Assembly (NCBI RefSeq): GCF_016432865.1
Contig: NC_067403.1
Coordinates: forward strand, 253,952,001 to 254,016,000
Source of the DNA: Antechinus flavipes
Lineage: Eukaryota
Length of the DNA: 64,000 nucleotides
Direction of reading: 5' to 3'
Shown: one piece after another, positions 61,655-64,000 of the stretch
Numbering within the stretch: the first letter of the stretch is position 1
How the letters are laid out: the number at the start of each line of letters is the position of its first letter
Position numbers and translations under genes: made by a program
The notes under the pieces: generated by a model
What the model saw: the letters and a program-made list of their open reading frames with translations, nothing else
Database searches by the model: none
Told to the model about the DNA's origin: nothing

Positions 61655-62760
61655 AAGCTTGCAGTCTAATGGGGAAGGCAGCAGATATACAGAACAGGCT
61701 GGACACAGGACAAATAGGACATTATTAAGGCTTAAAGGGTTTAAAAGGGACCAGGGAAGGCCTCCTGTGCAAGGGAAGAGCTTAACTGCGCTTAAAGGAG
61801 GCTGAGGAGGCCAGCAATTGGGAGCAGAGAAGGGAGAGCCTTCTAGACCCGGGGGTAGGAGACAGGTGGAGGGTCATGTTGCTGGAACAGCCAGGAGTCC
61901 TGGTCATTGTACCCAGTCCTCAGTGGGACTGAGAGCTAAGGGGGCCTGGGTTACTCTGGGGTACTTTGAATGCCAACAGAACATTTTCTATTTGATCCTG
62001 GAGACAGTAGAGAGCCCCTGGGGTTTGAGGGGGCGAGGAGATGGAGTGATCATCCCGTGCTTTAAGAGTCTCACTCTGATGGCAGTGAGGAATGGACTTT
62101 CTGGGGAGAGACTGGAGGCAGGCAACCCGCCACAGCTCCTGCCATAGTCCAGGGGTGGGGTCCTGAGGGCCTGGGCCAGGGAGGGGTCGGTGCCCGAGGA
62201 GGGGAGGGGGCTTCCTCGAGAGATGCTGCAGGGGTGGAATTGTCGGGCCCACCGCCATATTGGATCTGGGAGATGAGCCATGGTGAGGAGGACTGGGAAG
62301 AGAGAGATGCTCTCTATGGTCGCAGGGAAAGTAGGAGGGTGGGAAGGTTTCGGGGAGAAGGGGAATGAGCTCAGTCCTGGGCGGTTTAAGAAGTCGGGGG
62401 GAGTCCAGAGTGAGGAGTACTGGAAGTGCAAGGTTGGGGGTCAGCAGAGAGGTCAAAGGTAGATTGAGAAGATAATTGAGAGGGAGCAGTGTTGCTGGAA
62501 TGGTAAGGTCAGAAGCCAATGGTAGGGGGTGAGGAAGGGAAAGTGAAGGCCCCGTGGTAGGAAGGCCAGGTCTCATAAGGGCTAATAGATGGAAGGAGGG
62601 GTAAAGGAAAAGCCTGGAGATCCAGGGAAGCTGGTTGCCCGTGGAACGGGCATCCCAGAGGGCACCGGGGATGGGCTGGGAGGAGTTGGGAGGGGGAAGG
62701 CTGGGGAAAATGGGAATGAGGAATCGAGTCGGGCGGGGGATGAGGGTTGGAGGACGGCGA
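61655..62760 (-). mobile_element. L2 element
   Basis: agaagcttgcagtctaatgggg (reverse L2 3' end), then degenerate purine-rich L2 body. Boundaries approximate. Confidence 0.65.
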
Positions 62761-63939
62761 TCAGTAACTGGGGTGTGAAGAACATGCCAGTGAGAATGCT
62801 CGTTGGTGAGGAGATGGGAGGCCGCTCTTCTGAGCTCTGGCTGCTCCCCACATCCTGGGGGGGCCTGGGCGGGCAGCAGGAGGCCCTCGTGCAGGTACTT
62901 TGGGGCCGGCGTTCCTCGGGGAGCGTGCTGGGCCCCTGCTGGGGAGAGATAGGACTCGGGGCAGCAGGGCGCCCTGGAGAAGCCGTGGGGGCAGTGGCCA
63001 GGACCCTAATCTCCACTTCTGCCCCGACACTGGCCGTGATGGCCCAATGACGTGGTGGTGGAAGGGCTGCTGAGATGCTCCTTGGAGGAAGGTTCTCCAG
63101 TTAGATGAAATCACAGACCCCGACCCTTCCTCCTCCTCTGGAAAACATTCCAGCCCTCTTGTCCGGCGCTGGGGACACTCTGTCGGATAAAACGGCCCTG
63201 ACCTCGGGGAGCACGTGTTTAAGTAAAAATCTAATTTTTTCACATTCCCACCCATGAGAGCCAGAGAAAGGTCAGGAGGCATCCCAGCCCATTGGCCGCG
63301 GCCTCTCCCCTCTGTCCTCCTCGGCCCTCTGGGCCCTGCCCGGCTCTGACTTGCAGCTCTCCAGGGCTTCCTCTCGCCGCCTTGTCGCCCTTGTCATGTG
63401 CCCTCCTGCTTGGGTTTCTCTGCTTCGGGGCCCACGAGTTTCCCAGACTTCCGAGTTGTTCCCTGGCCCCCACATTTGTGTCTGGGCTTTGTCCGTCTGT
63501 CCCCTGGGTTTCCAGCTCTTTGCCGCCATGAGCGCTTTTGTACAGATTGCCCTTCTCTTCCTTGTGCGCCCTCTCTGGGGCTCGGGCCTGGGGGGCCGCA
63601 GGAGGATCTTTCCGGCTCCCAAGGGGAGCCCCTCAGTCCCGGCTGCTCCTCTGTGGCCCACAGCCCTTCCGGGGCCCCTGCGCGGGCCGGCTCCTGCTCC
63701 CTGCCCTCTTCCTGCTGCTCCTGGGATTGGCCATCGTGGGATTCTGGACGTCCGTGTTGCCGTGGCCCCCTTGGGAGGCCGAGGCCGAGCCAGCGGCCGG
63801 GGACAGCCCTGCGGACTGCAGGTGAGAAGCCCCTTGGGGAGGGGGGATTTACTTCAAAAGCCTCACTGGAGTACCTGCTAAAGGGGCCGCTTCCTGCCTC
63901 TGGGGACTCACAGACGATTGGGGGAGCGGAGGGAGCCAT
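62761..63939 (-). other. Unassigned long reading frame with one in-frame TGA (candidate lineage-specific gene or pseudogene)
   Basis: ORFs 63939-63394 and 63282-62761 are in the same frame, and the 111 nt between them contain no stop. The only internal stop is TGA 63396-63394. The frame is also open up to the window end. No homologue recognised. Confidence 0.35.
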
Positions 63940-64000
63940 CCATGGGGGCTGATTTTTTAAAGTAGAACGTGATGGGAACCAGGGAAAGTTCCAGAGAAGA

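Overview
Eukaryotic, gene-dense, GC-rich mammalian genomic DNA. It is most likely an Australian (dasyuromorph-like) marsupial, inferred from a WSINE1-type SINE and marsupial-type L1 3' ends. The window is syntenic with human 11q12.3, in the order SNORA57/CSKMT(METTL12) (+), LBHD1 (-), UQCC3 (+), UBXN1 (-), LRRN4CL (-), BSCL2 (-), GNG3 (+), HNRNPUL2 (-), TTC9C (+), ZBTB3 (-). Coding exons were reconstructed by hand from GT-AG sites and remembered human orthologue sequences, and the frames join consistently. The HNRNPUL2 start codon and SAP domain fall in a 175-nt N gap. Intergenic DNA holds L1, L2, MIR, a SINE, two solo LTRs and microsatellites. No prokaryotic or CRISPR system is present. The most interesting observations are: (1) an unassigned frame of about 1.2 kb at the right end, open except for one TGA (candidate lineage-specific gene or pseudogene); (2) a 1-bp frameshift in LRRN4CL; (3) a dead long-seipin N-terminal frame with an overlapping uORF; (4) a TOP promoter that may yield either a short snoRNA-host RNA or CSKMT mRNA; (5) interlocked convergent poly(A) signals; (6) three consecutive frame-preserving, stop-free introns in HNRNPUL2. 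Orthologue comparisons are from memory and need database confirmation.
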